This document shows positions 1 to 12,416 of a stretch of 64,000 nucleotides of DNA, piece by piece. Made by a program: the position numbers and the translations under genes. Numbering within the stretch: position 1 is the first letter of the stretch; each line of letters opens with the position of its first letter. The notes beneath the pieces were generated by a model. That model was given only the letters and a program-made list of their open reading frames with translations. It was not told the origin of the DNA and ran no database searches. This stretch comes from Callorhinchus milii (lineage: Eukaryota): the NCBI RefSeq assembly GCF_018977255.1, contig NW_024704743.1, positions 109,494,001-109,558,000 of the forward strand, in the 5' to 3' direction.

Positions 1-171
1 AAATACACAGTCACTACACTTTACAGTAATATCTTTACAGCGCCTTGGGACGTCCTCCTGACGTGAAAGGCGCTTTATAAATGGAATCTTGTTGTTGTTG
101 TATCCTTTGAAGCACTTTGAGACATCGTCCTGGCTTGAAAGGCGCTGTATCAAATTAAAGGATTATTATTG
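1..171 (+). mobile_element. SINE 3' tail containing a nested L2 3'-tail fragment (36-100)
   Basis: cagtcactacactttacag...aaggattattatt tail, interrupted by gcgccttgggacgtcctcctgacgtgaaaggcgc...(gtt)n; tatc repeated at 30-33 and 101-104. Confidence 0.75.
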
Positions 172-1350
172 TTAAGGAATACTTTAAAAATGACTGCAAA
201 TTCCACAACATAATGTGGGTATCAAACTTTTGGGCAACATAAATAATTAATATCTCCCCAGAATTTACAAAGTGCAAAAGCATGTTAGAATGTGGGAGCT
301 GTACCAGACCCTCCCTTTTAATACATCCTTGTCAAAACCCTCTCCAGATTGTCTATAAAAATTTAACAGCACAATGGGTCTTCAATGGAGCAAACATTTA
401 TTCAAGTTCTGAAAGTACAAGTTATTTTGAATGGGATTGAAGAAGTAAACCCAGCTATGAATTTGGTAAATGACCGCTTTTAACAATCTGGGAGATTGTC
501 GGCTAGCGCACTGGGAGAAACTCTTCTCTTTGCATGATACTTAACCCCCCCTCTTTAAAAGTTGAAGCGAGTAGCAGAGCTTTCCAAGAATCTAGCCACC
601 CTCTGTGTTAATGTCACTTTTTCCTATCCTCCCATTTAAATCTTTGTGATTAATTGCTTGCTCTCTCCATTGCTGAACAAATCTGTTAATAATACGAGGG
701 GAGCACTCCAAGGACTTGGTGAAACCACAGCTCAATATTTTCTGAAGTTATTTGACTGGCATCAATGTCTGCTTCCAGCCCCTCTAACATTTAGTAGTGC
801 GACACCTTTCTTCCATCAAACTCCCTCTACCCCTTCCCCTTACACCATCCCCTGTCTACACGGCTAATTTATTTCTTGCACGGTCCATTCGTTTTGGAGC
901 CAGATGAAACACTTGTGTCTAAAGTTTCAATATTCTGCCCTTCTCCAAGCCCCAAGTGAATACAGAAAGATAAAAAAAATATCAATAACAATCATTTGAG
1001 TGGCAGGTTGTAGCTCCCTTATTGACTGCAAGTCCTTGAGTAATCTCTATTCCGGACGTCTCCATCATTTCCTTGGTGACATTGTTGATATCTTCTTGGC
1101 AGCGCTTTGAGCAGGATTTTATTCTTGCTTGAAAATTTGCCAAAGCAATAAATGGGACAAAGAGATTCATGCGATCAATCCTCACAAGTTATTCTCTGTC
1201 AGCTACCTCATCTCCCTCCTACATCCCTGCCCCCTTAGCTCCCACATTGGTTGGCCGAGCACTCCATCTCTAGAAAGCACCTCAAGATGTTTAACTTGGT
1301 GAAAGGTACTAAGTGTATAAGTGCACGTTATTGTTGTTGTTACTCTTTTT

Positions 1351-1639
1351 CAGTCAGATCTCGTTATAATGCAGGCTGGTATAGGGTCCATCAGCTTGTA
1401 GCATCGTTGCAAACTACTGGCCTCTGGCATTGACTGACTGACTTCCTGAGCTGCACATAATTTGTCTGTCTGCAGCTCAAAGGAAGTGATGTCAGCAGTG
1501 TGTAGGGCAGTGCAGAAGAAATTATATCAACGGGGCCATTTCTATAGGATGTCTAGGGCTATAACTGGTGCAAGATCATTATAATTTGTAGATCTGAGTT
1601 TATGGATCCAAAGCACCACATTATAATAGCGTCCAAATG
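1351..1639. mobile_element. Degenerate fold-back MITE with Tigger/pogo-like ends
   Basis: Left end cagtcagatctcgttataatg and right end cattataatagcgtccaaatg followed by TA; internal hairpin acttcctgagctgca...tgcagctcaaaggaagt. Confidence 0.55.
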
Positions 1640-2737
1640 TATTCAGTGCTTCCAGTGCTTCATCTCTAAATTCTGAATGAGTACTGGGCACCTCATTATT
1701 GTAAGAAATAAACTATCAGCAGTATATTGGGAATCAAAGCCTTTGTTCTGCTAGACCTGAGCTTTTTTTTTATCTTGTAAGAAAAGAGGGTTCATGGGAT
1801 CAGAGGTTACCCCTTAAAATCATGACAGATCCCATTTCACCATTTTAACCTTTGATACCCAGACTCAGAAATTGTTTTATCTATCTCCTCCTATCTTCAA
1901 ACCTGTATAAACACCTATCTTTTTGAATATGCTTTCATCCACTCATCCACACACACACCACTTGAATCATTTGACTGAATATTTTTGAGAAAGTCAAAGC
2001 GTGAAAGTGAACTGAAAGTGACAAATCATGTGTATGGATTTTTCAGAAGCCATTTGATAAGGTACAGATTGAGGCCTACAAATACAGTCACTGCACTTTA
2101 CAGTAAAATCCCATGAAGCATTTTAAAATGTCCCAACTACACGATGAAGCGCTTTGTCAAATGCAAGGTTTATTACAGATTGCTCCAATGGGGAAAGCTC
2201 GTATTAGCCCAGGCACGATGGGCCAAATGGCCTTCTTCTGTGCTGTAAACCTTCTCTGACACTGACTCTGGGGAAAATATCCATAGAAAAAAGATCTAAA
2301 TGCGTTTGTAAGTTGCCTCAATACATCCCATAACCAGGGGAATTATACAAGACAATTAGGTAATAGCTACTCGGACATCCCAGTGTTTATTTAAAAGCTG
2401 TTAGTCAGCCTGTGCCTGTCTCCCACTGGGGGAAATAAAGATAGGAGGCATTTTCTTGTTAACAAATTGCTCTGAAACTGTGAATCACTGTGCTCTGAAC
2501 GCAATTGTCCAGTAGATTATGGGAGTGAAATGAATTGCTCTGGGAGTCAGAAAGCCATATTTCAGTTCAAGATTCTGAAAGCAGTCTCAAGGTTTAAATG
2601 ACACCTGATCATATAACACGTCCTTTTATTTGAACTAAAGGGGAACATTTCAAACACTTTTTGTGCTCCTGTCACCTTTTTCTCCTGAAAGTATGAGGGC
2701 CCTGAAATTCTACCAAAGAAGGGAAGAGAACATTAAA

Positions 2738-3045
2738 ATAATAATAATCCTGAGATTTTATGTAATGCCTTTCAGGTTGGAAGGACATCTCAAAGTTCTT
2801 CACATTTCATACTGTAAATTCTGGTAATTATGTAGGCAGCTAATTTGCATAGAGCAATGTCCCCAAGCAGTTATGAAGTGAATGACTATTATTATGTGGG
2901 GATTTGTTTGCCAGGACACTGAGAGAATTATATCCACCTGGAGAGGCTCAAGGGATCTTGGTTAAACATCTCATCTGAAGGACGGCACCTCTGACAATGC
3001 AATACACACCCCAAGCATTATATTGGAGTGTCAGCCTAGACTGTG
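2738..3045 (-). mobile_element. Deu-domain-type SINE, diverged
   Basis: Reverse complement carries tctaggctgacactcca...gaggtgccgtccttcagatgagatgtttaacc core and (att)n tail, as in the other copies. Confidence 0.7.
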
Positions 3046-6000
3046 ATATATGCCTCAAATGGAAATGCCGCTTTTTTTCAGATGAGGGTAGGAAATCTAT
3101 CTGCGAAGAAAAATAGATATTTCATACAATAAATGTTTTTTCTTTGCATTTATGGTTTAAGAGCCTTGCAGTGAAGGGTTCAGGCATGGATCCCTGCAGT
3201 CAGTGAGCTTATAAAATGAGGAGTTAATGCATCTTCTTTCCAGGTGACAGCTATGACATTTCCACTGTTCTAGACAAGGGACCCTTTTAACACAGGTGTG
3301 CAGATGGATGAACCAGCTTTTAGCATAAAGGTTACTCTTTCACAATCCTTTCACTGAACTCCATTAAAAACTTAGCCTAAGTGTCTCCAGGGATCTGCAT
3401 GGAGCAGAGAGTGGTGTCATCAAACTTACAACAACAATTTGCATTTGTGTTCACATACAAAATCCACAGTCACGCCACTTTACTGTATATCCTATGAAGC
3501 TCTTTGAGATGACTTGAGGATGTGATAAGATGCTGTATGAAATGCAAGGATTATTATTATTATTATTATATAGTGCCTTTCAGGTGGCGTGGCATCTCAG
3601 AGTGTTTTATTGAGTTGGTTGCACTATCACCTCTGAGTTGTAAAGTTGTGGGTTGAAGCTCCATTTTGGGACTTTGAATTTGCAGTCTAGGCTGGCAATA
3701 CAGTGCAGTGCTAGAGGTGCATTGTGTTGTTGAAGATGCTGACCTTTGGATGGTATGTTAAGAAAATGCAAGTTATTTCCCTCTTCAGAAAACAGAGAAA
3801 GCAACTCATTGTGAAGCACCTTGAGGCATTTTGGCGCGATAAGGCACATAATTAAATGCTACTCCATTCATTGCAGCAGTTTCTAAACAGTCAGGGAAGA
3901 TATTAATATTTCCATCTGTATCTCTGTCCATTGCCTTCACTGATTTGAAATGTAACAGAGAATTGAGAGATAAATACTTTTTTTTGGTAACTGTAATTTG
4001 ATTTTGAAAATAGGTCATGTAGATTTTACACATGAAGCCAAGGTAAATATCATGCCTCACTTTTAAACATTCACTTCCCTCACTTTCTCTCTGCTTTTAA
4101 ATCCGAACTTGAATTGACTGGCTAAGCCTTGGGCTCCACCATTGTTAAGCACTCCGAGACACCGTCCGGTGTGGAGGGCGCTTTACAAGTGCAAGTTGTT
4201 GTTGTTGACTGGTAATAACTGCAAATATTACCCTAAATGTTACATCAAGGTCCCACAAACAGCAATGAAGTGACTGATTAATTTTAGTTTGGGAATTGTT
4301 GACCAAGGCACCAGGAGAAACTCCTTGTCTTTTTGAATAGAGCCAGTGGTACTTTATTGTTCAGCTGAAAAGGCAGGTGGGGACCTTGGTTTAACATCTC
4401 ATCTGAAGTACGGCACCAATGAAGTACCTCCCCATTCCCCCCCCAACCTGCCGTGGATGGTGATATGCCACTCGCCGAGCAAATGGATTCACAGGGGACA
4501 CACAGCGGATGAGCCAGCAATGAGAAGATGTGAAATTTGAGTACAATATAAAAAGGAAAATACAATCCTACCATCAGGTAAACCACAGAGTACAGGAAGA
4601 GTCAGTCACTTGTTCCCAATTGGGGGCACATGTTTTTATTTCTGCTCAGAGTGGTGGAATTTTTATTGTCAGTTGTGTTTCTTTTGACAATCCATCAATC
4701 TGTTGTTTTAAAGCAATGCAACGCTGGGCAAAAGCGATGAACTCACTCACATTTGGGCCCTGTGTCTCTCATGTACATCTCAATTCCTACATACACACAC
4801 ACACACAGACACACACAGGCACACTCTAGCAACTGAATAAGATGAACGGCTCCCGAAGGAGAGCAGCCAGTGCTTAAGCGTAGGACAAACTATTGTTGAT
4901 GAAGTAGTCATTATTCATCCCTGTCACCTCTCAGATGCTGGAGTAGAGGACTAGTTAAATAACATCCATCTCCCATTCAAAAGCTGGATGTTTCCTCTAC
5001 AACTTCTTCCTTTCTGTTTGTGTCCTTCACTCATCACCTCGTGACATCCAATAATAATACAAGTGTTTTATAGAATTACATAGAGTGCTATGGCATGGAA
5101 ACAGGACATTCAGCCTAACTAGACGTTGGCGTTTACGCTCCACATAAGCCCCCCCACCCCATTATTCCCTCACATTTACATCAAGATTTCATTAAAATAC
5201 ATCAATGATTTTTGCTTCAACCACAACTTCAATGCTTTTTACTTCAACCACAGTAAGTTCCACATTCTCCCCACCCTGTGTGTGAAGAAGTTCCTCCTAA
5301 ACTCTCCATTGCTCAATGGGAAGGGATGTGTGTCTGAGCTGTGGGCAGGAAGATGGTGACAATGGCTCTCACGCATTTTATGCTGATTTTATGCGGAGCT
5401 GTATTGCCTACCAGGAAGCTTGTAGGAGTTCTGGTACCTGCCATCCATCTGGTGAGGATGGAAACCTGTGCTTGTTGGATGTCAGATGACCAACTAGTGA
5501 CTATCCTCCTGTGGGGGGGTGGTAAATAGGGGCTCCTTGGAGCTGAACTAGCTTCAAGGTGAGATGTGAGGCAATTGAACGTCAGAATTGAGCCCATCCT
5601 CTGTGGCAATCTTGCTAGTCAACTTCATGAGCAGAGAGACCAACAGCATGAGGAGGGAACTGAGTGAGATGGAACAGAGTGAGAATTCTGTTAAGGAATT
5701 TGATGAGAGTGGGATTTCTTCAGCAAGAGAGATACCAGAGAGCGAGAGAAAACTCTTTCACTCAGCAGAAGAGTGGGAAATCTATCTTGAAGTGGAGGCA
5801 ACCTTATACATAAGCAGCAAACAAGTCAATTCGGAGTTAATCATAGGCCAGGTGTTGGGGATTAAAAAATCTGCTGACCAGACCAAACAGGGTACTTTTG
5901 TTTGAGTCCTATATAAAGGAGAAGACTTGCGAGTGCCTCACTTAAGCAGAGAGCCCAGCAGCATGAGAAGGGAACTGGGTGAGGTGGAACAGAGTGTTAT

Positions 6001-6093
6001 TCTGTTAAGGAATTTGGTGAGAGTGGGAATATGGTGCAGAATTATAAAATATATAATATTTACATTAAAATAATATAAAACATGTATGGGAAT

Positions 6094-6875
6094 ATGGCAG
6101 GGCAGCTGAGACTGGTTGCATACACAATCTATGCCATTTGGGAATGCCAGGATGCGTTGTGTGTCCTGCACAGACTCGTGTGAAGGAAGTGCCTTTGGCT
6201 GTTCGAGCTTGAGCTTAGAGTTTCTGTGCTCGAGGAGCGGCTGGTGTCATTACATAGCATACGGGAGGCTGAAGCGTTCATGGATCGAATGTTCCAGGAG
6301 GTGGTCACCCCACAGCCACAGAGGGTTCAGAACCACAACAACAAAATTACATTTGTATAGCGCCTTTCATGAAGAGAGTGAGTAGGTGAGCACCTGGCGT
6401 GGTAGGAAGAGGCAGTGCAGAAATCCCCTGAGGGTGTGGCACTCACAAACTGGTTCTCTGTACTGAATACGGGTGAGGGTGATGACTCCTCTGGGGAGGC
6501 AAGTCAAAAGCAAATGGATGCACAGGGGGACACAGGAAAGAGAGTCAATGCAATTGTCATTGGGGACAGAATGGTTAAAAGAGTAGACAGGTGTTTCTGC
6601 AACCAAAGACCTGATTCTTGCATGATATGTTGCCTCCCTGGTGTCAGGGTTGAAGACATCATGGAACAGGTGCAAAACATTCTATAGGGTTAGGGGGAAC
6701 ATCCAGAAGTCATGGTCCATGTTGGGATCCATGACATAGGGAAAAAAGAGCTGAGATCTTACAGGGAGAGTGTCAGAAGCAAGGGAAAAAGCTAAAGAGT
6801 AGAACCTCAAAGGTGGTGATCGCTGGATTACTCCCAGTGCCTCATGCAAGTGAACATCAGGGAAGGAAATAGACG
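6094..6875 (+). pseudogene. CR1 ORF1 remnant (zinc-finger/leucine-zipper plus SGNH esterase-like domain), frameshifted
   Basis: ATG at 6094; ORF 6415-6687 reads NWFSVLNTGEGD...AIVIGDRMVKRVDRCFC...MICCLPGVRV, followed by VMVHVGIHDIG, matching CR1 esterase blocks. Confidence 0.8.
6331..6370 (-). mobile_element. 40-bp tail-only L2 insertion inside CR1 ORF1
   Basis: Reverse complement atgaaaggcgctatacaaatgtaattttgttgttg interrupts otherwise contiguous gagggttcag|gaagagag. Confidence 0.75.
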
Positions 6876-8246
6876 AGCAAATCTGCAAGCAGATTTCAGA
6901 AAGATGCATAAACAATAGAACAGTGATAATGGGGACTTCAATTATCCTACCATAGACTGGCAAAATAAGAGTGTAAAGGGCAAGGAGGGGAAAGGATTCC
7001 TGAAATTGGATAACTTTCTGGATCAGTATGCTTCCAACCCAATGAGGAAGGAAGCAGAGCTGGATCTAGTTCTGGGGAATGAAATGGGATAAGTGGAGCA
7101 GGTTTCAGTAGTTGAGCATCTGGACAACAGTGATCACAACATGATTAAGTTTAGAGTACTTATGGAAAGGGACAAGGAGGAATCAAAGGTGAAGATACTC
7201 AACTGGAAGAGGGCTAATTTCAGTGAGTTAAAGCGTACTTTGCATCTGTCTTCACAAAAAAAGAGGATGCAGCCAATGCCGCCGTATCAGAGGAGAGGGT
7301 AGAGAAATTGGATAAGATAAGAATAAACCGAGAGGAGGTATTAAAAAGATTGTCTGCGCTCAAGGTAGATAAGTCTCCCTGGCTGGACGGGATGCATCCT
7401 AGATTACTGAAGAAAGTAAGCATGGAAATAATGGATGCTCCAGCTACAATCTTTCAATCCTCCTTGGACACCGACCGGGGTGGTACCAGAGGACTGGAGG
7501 GTTGCAAATGTTACTCCACTGTACACAAAGGGGCAGAAGGATAAACCTGGGGAACTACAGGCCAGTCAGCCTAACATCAGTAGTGGGGAAACTTCTAGAG
7601 ACTATAATCCGGGACAAAATAAATTTTCACTTAGAAAAAATATGGGTTAATATAGGACAGCCAACATGGATTTGTTAAAGGCAAATCATGTCTAACAAAT
7701 CTGATAGAGTGTTTTGATGAAGTGACAGAGAGGGTGGATGAAGGTAGTGCAGTTGATGTAGTTTATATGGATTTTCAAAAGGTGTTTGATAAAGTGCCAC
7801 AGAGGAGACTTGTAAGCAAAATAGAAGCCCACGGTATTAAAGGGACAGTGGCAGCAGTGAGGAGGGTAGTAGCAGACTGCAAATGGACATAGCCAGACTG
7901 GTAAAATGGACAGACATGTGGCAGATGAAGTTTAATGTGGAGAAATGTGAAGTGATGCATTTTGGGAAGAAGAATAAGGAGAGGCAATATAAGCTGATGG
8001 TACAATCTTAAAGGGGGTGAAGGAACAGAAAGGCCTGGGGGTTCATATAAGTAAATCTTTGAAGGTGGCAGGACAGATAGATAAAGCTGTTAAATAAGCA
8101 TATGGGATGCTGGTTTTATAAATAGGGGCATAGAATACAAAAGTCAGGAAGTTATGATGAACTTTCATAAAACATTGGTTAGACCTGAGCTAGAGTACTG
8201 TGTTCAGTTCTGGGCACCACACTTTAGGAAGGATGTCAAGGCATTG

Positions 8247-8416
8247 ATGTCATGATCACTTCAATCCACAACTGTTTGTGGGACACTGCTGTGTGCAATT
8301 GACTGCCGCGTTTCGCCCACAAGTATACAGTCAATTCATTTTGCAGCATATTCTGTGAAGTGTCTTGTGACGTCTAGAAGCTATATCAAATGCAAGGATT
8401 ATTATTATTGTTATTG
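8247..8416 (+). mobile_element. 5'-truncated tRNA-SINE (3' half) inserted in CR1 ORF2
   Basis: Splits aaggcattg|gagagggtgc; attg occurs at both junctions; ends in aaatgcaagg(att)n. Confidence 0.85.
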
Positions 8417-8572
8417 GAGAGGGTGCAAAGGAGATTTACTAGGATGGTGCCAGGAATTGAGGGACTTCATTTATCAGGAGAGGCTACAGAAACTAGGATT
8501 ATTCTCCTTGGAGCAGAGAAGGTTAAAAGGAGACTTAACAGAAGTTTTCAGAATTATGAGGGGATTTGATAG

Positions 8573-9051
8573 AATGCATTAGAATATACAGCACAGAAAC
8601 AGGCCATTTGGCCCAACTGGTCTATGTCAGTATTTATGCTCCACATGAGCCTCTTCCTGCCCTTTCTCGATTAAGCCTTCAAACATAACCTTCTATTTAT
8701 TTCTCCCTCATGTACCTATCTAGCTTTCCCTTAAATACATCTATGCTATTTGACTCAACAACTCCTTGTGATAGCATGTTCCACATTCCCACTACTCTCT
8801 ATGTGAAGACATTTTTTCTATTTGATCTATTTGTGACTATTTTATATTGCTGGGCCCTGGTTTTGGTCTCCCCCACAAGTGGAAACATCTTTCGTATGTT
8901 TACCCTATCAAAAGCTTTCATAATTTTAAAGACCTCTATCAGATCATCTCGTACCCTCCATTTTTCAAGAAAAAAGAGTCCAAGCATGTTCAGCCTTTCC
9001 TGATAGGTATAACCGCTCAGTTCTGGGATCATCCTTGTGAATCTTCTTTGC
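8573..9051 (-). mobile_element. 5'-truncated CR1 nested antisense within the larger CR1
   Basis: ORF 8799-9032 (YQERLNMLGLFFLEKWRVRDDLIEVFKIMK) is a CR1 ORF2 C-terminus; 7-bp duplication TTGATAG at 8566-8572 and 9052-9058. Confidence 0.88.
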
Positions 9052-10191
9052 TTGATAGGTTGAACAAGGAAAAATTATTTCCACTAACGGGTGGGTTGAT
9101 AACCCAAGGATACCATCTTAAAATAATTGTTAAAATAAACAGATGGGAGGTGAGGAGAATTTTTTTTACACAACGATTTGTTCGGATCTGGAATGTGTTG
9201 CCTGAAAGGGTGATGGATGTCAATTCGATAACAGCTTTTAAGGGAGAAGTAGATAATTATTTGCTGAGGACAAGTTTGCAAGTCTATGAGGAGAGAGCGG
9301 GGGAGTGGGATTGAATTGGATAGCTTGTTTCAAAGAGCCAGCCACAGACACGATGGTCCAAATAGCCTCCTTCTCAGCTGTATAATTCTATGATTGATGA
9401 CCCAGTTCACCAGGGCACTGCCAGTCTGGCTCACTGGCAGGACTTAGAAGGGCAGATCTATTACTGGGGGCAGGGGCTTTGCCACTCAGCTCCTCTTAAC
9501 CCTGCAAGCCAAGGCCTTAATTGGTAGAGGATCCTAGCTGGACAAGCATTGGGAAAGCTTGCCAGGCAGTCTCTCTATGTAGTTTTAGCTGGTTAGACTC
9601 TAGCAGTACCCCAACCCACACACATGAGTCCCCAAGCCTTGGCTCTTGCCAACCTGCACCTAATACTTTCCAGTGCAGGTATAGAGATACAAAGAAATTG
9701 GCACTGTGTCAATATTGTTGCTGTACACGTAGCATGATTGTGCTCAAAGCAATGTTAATTACCAAGTGTGTCTTATTAGATCCTCAAATTAACACGGACA
9801 GAGGAAGCAGACAGTACCACAGACGAGCACTTTAATTCACTCAAACACACAGAAACAATTCATTCTAATTACAACACAGTTTGCCTGCAGAAAGATATAA
9901 GCCCACAGTGTAGCTCTGAAACATATATGCTCTAATTGTATACATGATGTATGGGTGAATTACCGAGGTTGAACATTAGGAGTGATCGACTTTGTGGTAT
10001 CCACTGCCTGCGAGCACCCAAGCTTGCTGGATTGGACTGACGGATGGATCCAAGCAAGGATCAATTATTACTAATTAGCAAAGGTGCCAACTACTTCCCT
10101 CCCTTATGTAAATTCCAGGCTGCCAGTCTGCCTTAATGTGGCTGATGTCCAATGATTTCTGGTGATACCTGCCTGGTGTCCATTGATAGTA

Positions 10192-10317
10192 CAGTAACAC
10201 TTGCATAAGTCTGATCTGTATAAATCATATAATTGCCTAGTTTGACATAACTCATACTTTGCATAAGACATATTAAATGTATGGTTCCAACTGATATGAC
10301 TTATGTGAGGTTTACTG
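10192..10317. mobile_element. Short Tigger/pogo-like MITE with TA target duplication
   Basis: TA|cagtaacacttgcataagtc ... gacttatgtgaggtttactg|TA inverted termini. Confidence 0.7.
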
Positions 10318-10319
10318 TA

Positions 10320-10622
10320 TGTATCAACCTGGCTCAATGGAAGCTCTCTCGCCTCTGAAGCAGAAGATTGTGGGTTGAAACCAAACATCAGGACTCGCAC
10401 AGTTCAGGCTGACACTCCAATGCATGCTGGAGGTGCTGTCTTTTGGACATTACAGGAGAACATTAAACATCACATGGCATTCCTGAAAAAGAAGGGAATT
10501 TCTCTTTGAACCCTGGTCACCAACACCCCAGATAAAACTGGGCATTGTTATTGGGCATTGCTCTGTGGAAATTAGCTGCCGTGTTCACCTACAAAACACA
10601 TAGTCACTACATGTTTCAGTAA
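10320..10622 (+). mobile_element. Deu-domain-type tRNA SINE
   Basis: tggctcaatggaagctctctcgcctctgaagcagaagattgtgggttga head, then ggctgacactcca and ggaggtgctgtcttttgga core. Confidence 0.75.
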
Positions 10623-10783
10623 ACAGCAGCAACAAATTACATTTGTCAAGTGCCTTTCATGTCAGGAGAACGTCCAAAGGAGCTGGACAGTCAGGGACTT
10701 GGACCAAGCAAGGGTTTGGGATCAGGAGGAGGGAGGGAGGGTAGCGGTAGGAGGGTTGTCGAAGGCGCAGTTGAAGCGGAGGC
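10623..10783 (-). mobile_element. L2 3' fragment
   Basis: Reverse complement ends tggacgttctcctgacatgaaaggcac...aaatgtaatttgttg. Confidence 0.75.
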
Positions 10784-11594
10784 ATCATACACTCCAATAT
10801 AACTTATGCAAAGTATGAGTTATGTCAAACCTGCATAGAATATAAATCCTTGTGAAAGGGCAATAATGTGACCAACTGAATCAGGCTAACACCAGGCTGA
10901 CTTCACATTGTAAGAGTAAAGTGCTGTGACTAAGCTGGGAAAGGTTTGGTCCTCTGATCGCTACATGGTTTCTCAGCATCTGATGATGTTTCAGTGTATT
11001 CCCAGTTGGTATATCTTCATGTCATGTTGCTGTTTCCGTGGAATTTTTTTTTTGCGGAATGTATTAAATGCGGTTTAGAGCTCCCTTACTTCCGTACGTG
11101 GCTGCTGTCTGCTTATCACCTTTCAGACAGTGATGGATGATAGAATGTGTCTTCTTACTGAGGTTTGTCACAAGCGCATTCCACCAGCCTTTCTTAGTGT
11201 GCACACCACACCACAGATGTCCCAGCTGTGACAGGAGCAGATACAAATGGCAATTTGGGATGAAAAATGAGCACAGAGAGTGTTTAGCAATTCACCAGAA
11301 CCCTGTTACATGTCAGAAAGGAGAGTAATGTTCCTTGTAACTGGGACTTTTATAGCATGGTCTTCCTTTACTGACATTCGCTTTTCCTGCTGATTTTGTG
11401 AACTTGTTCGGTAATCAGCTGGGTGTTTGACACATGCAGAAACTCATCATCACCACGCTTAAGAGGATCAAAACAAAATTGAGGGTTTCATGCATCTCAC
11501 CTATACCTAGAAGTTCCAGAGAAATGTATTGCAATACATTTCCAATTTACTCCAATAAATTGGAATTAATAAATTTATTCCAATAAAGACGCTA

Positions 11595-12416
11595 CCCTGG
11601 AAGAAGCAACTTCCTGTAGCTGAATATGGACAAGACGGAAGCCATACTCCCATCAACGTCTTCATTCCTCAACCTCCCTGGACTCTCCCTCAGACTCACC
11701 GATCAAGTGCGCAACCTAGGCATCTGGTTCGACCCCTAGCTGTCCTTCTCCCCCACATCCGGTCCCTGACCAGGACTGCCTTCTTCCACCACAGCCAATT
11801 TACCCGCCTCTGACTTTACCCCAAATGCTGTCAAAACTCTCTTGCATGCGTTTGTCATCACACACTTGGATTACTCCAACGTACCCCTCGCCGGTCTCCC
11901 CAGCTCCACCATTCAAAAGATCCAGCTCATTCAGAACTCAGCCGCCCACACATTGACCTGGACCAAACTCCGTACCCACATCTCATCAGTTCTGGCCAGG
12001 CTCCACTGGCTCCCCATCACCGAACGGATTGACTTCAAGATCCTCACACTCATGTTCAAATCCATTCACTCCCTGGCACCTCCCTACCTCTCCGACCTCC
12101 TCACTCCCCAGTACACCACCTGGCGCCTCCGAGTGGCACTGGCCTCCTGCTCATCCCTCACACCCTCCACTCCACCATCGGAGGTTGCGCTTTCAGCCAC
12201 TATGCCCAAAACTCTGGAGCACTCTCCATCAATCACTCCGCCTTGCCCCCTCGCTCCCCTCTTTCAAGTTCTGCCTGAAAACTTTCCTCTTCAACCATGC
12301 TTATGGCAACCTCCCCCCTCTCCCCAGCTCAGAGTCAGGCTCCGCCACTGTTAAGCGCTCTGAGACGCTACCCTGCGTGGAGGGTGCTGTGTAAGTGCAA
12401 GTCGTTGTTGTTGTTG
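11595..12416 (+). mobile_element. L2-clade LINE 3' part, second lineage (L2-B)
   Basis: ORF 11842-12354 HAFVITHLDYSNVPLAGLP...LQLIQNSAA-type and LHWLPITERIDFKIL motifs; tail gcgctctgagacgctaccctgcgtggagggtgct...(gtt)n. Confidence 0.9.

Larger units (their letters stand above)
5620..9397 (+). mobile_element. CR1-clade LINE, near full length with internal deletions and three nested insertions
   Basis: Duplicated 5' UTR unit, ORF1 remnant, endonuclease motifs (VIMGDFNYPTIDW, LDLVLGNE, SDHNMIKF), RT motifs (QHGFVKGKSCLTNL, VDVVYMDFQKVFDKVP), 3' end ctgtataattctatga. Confidence 0.92.

Noticed and set aside
982..1185. 67-aa ORF in unique sequence
   Set aside because: No recognisable homology or convincing splice boundaries
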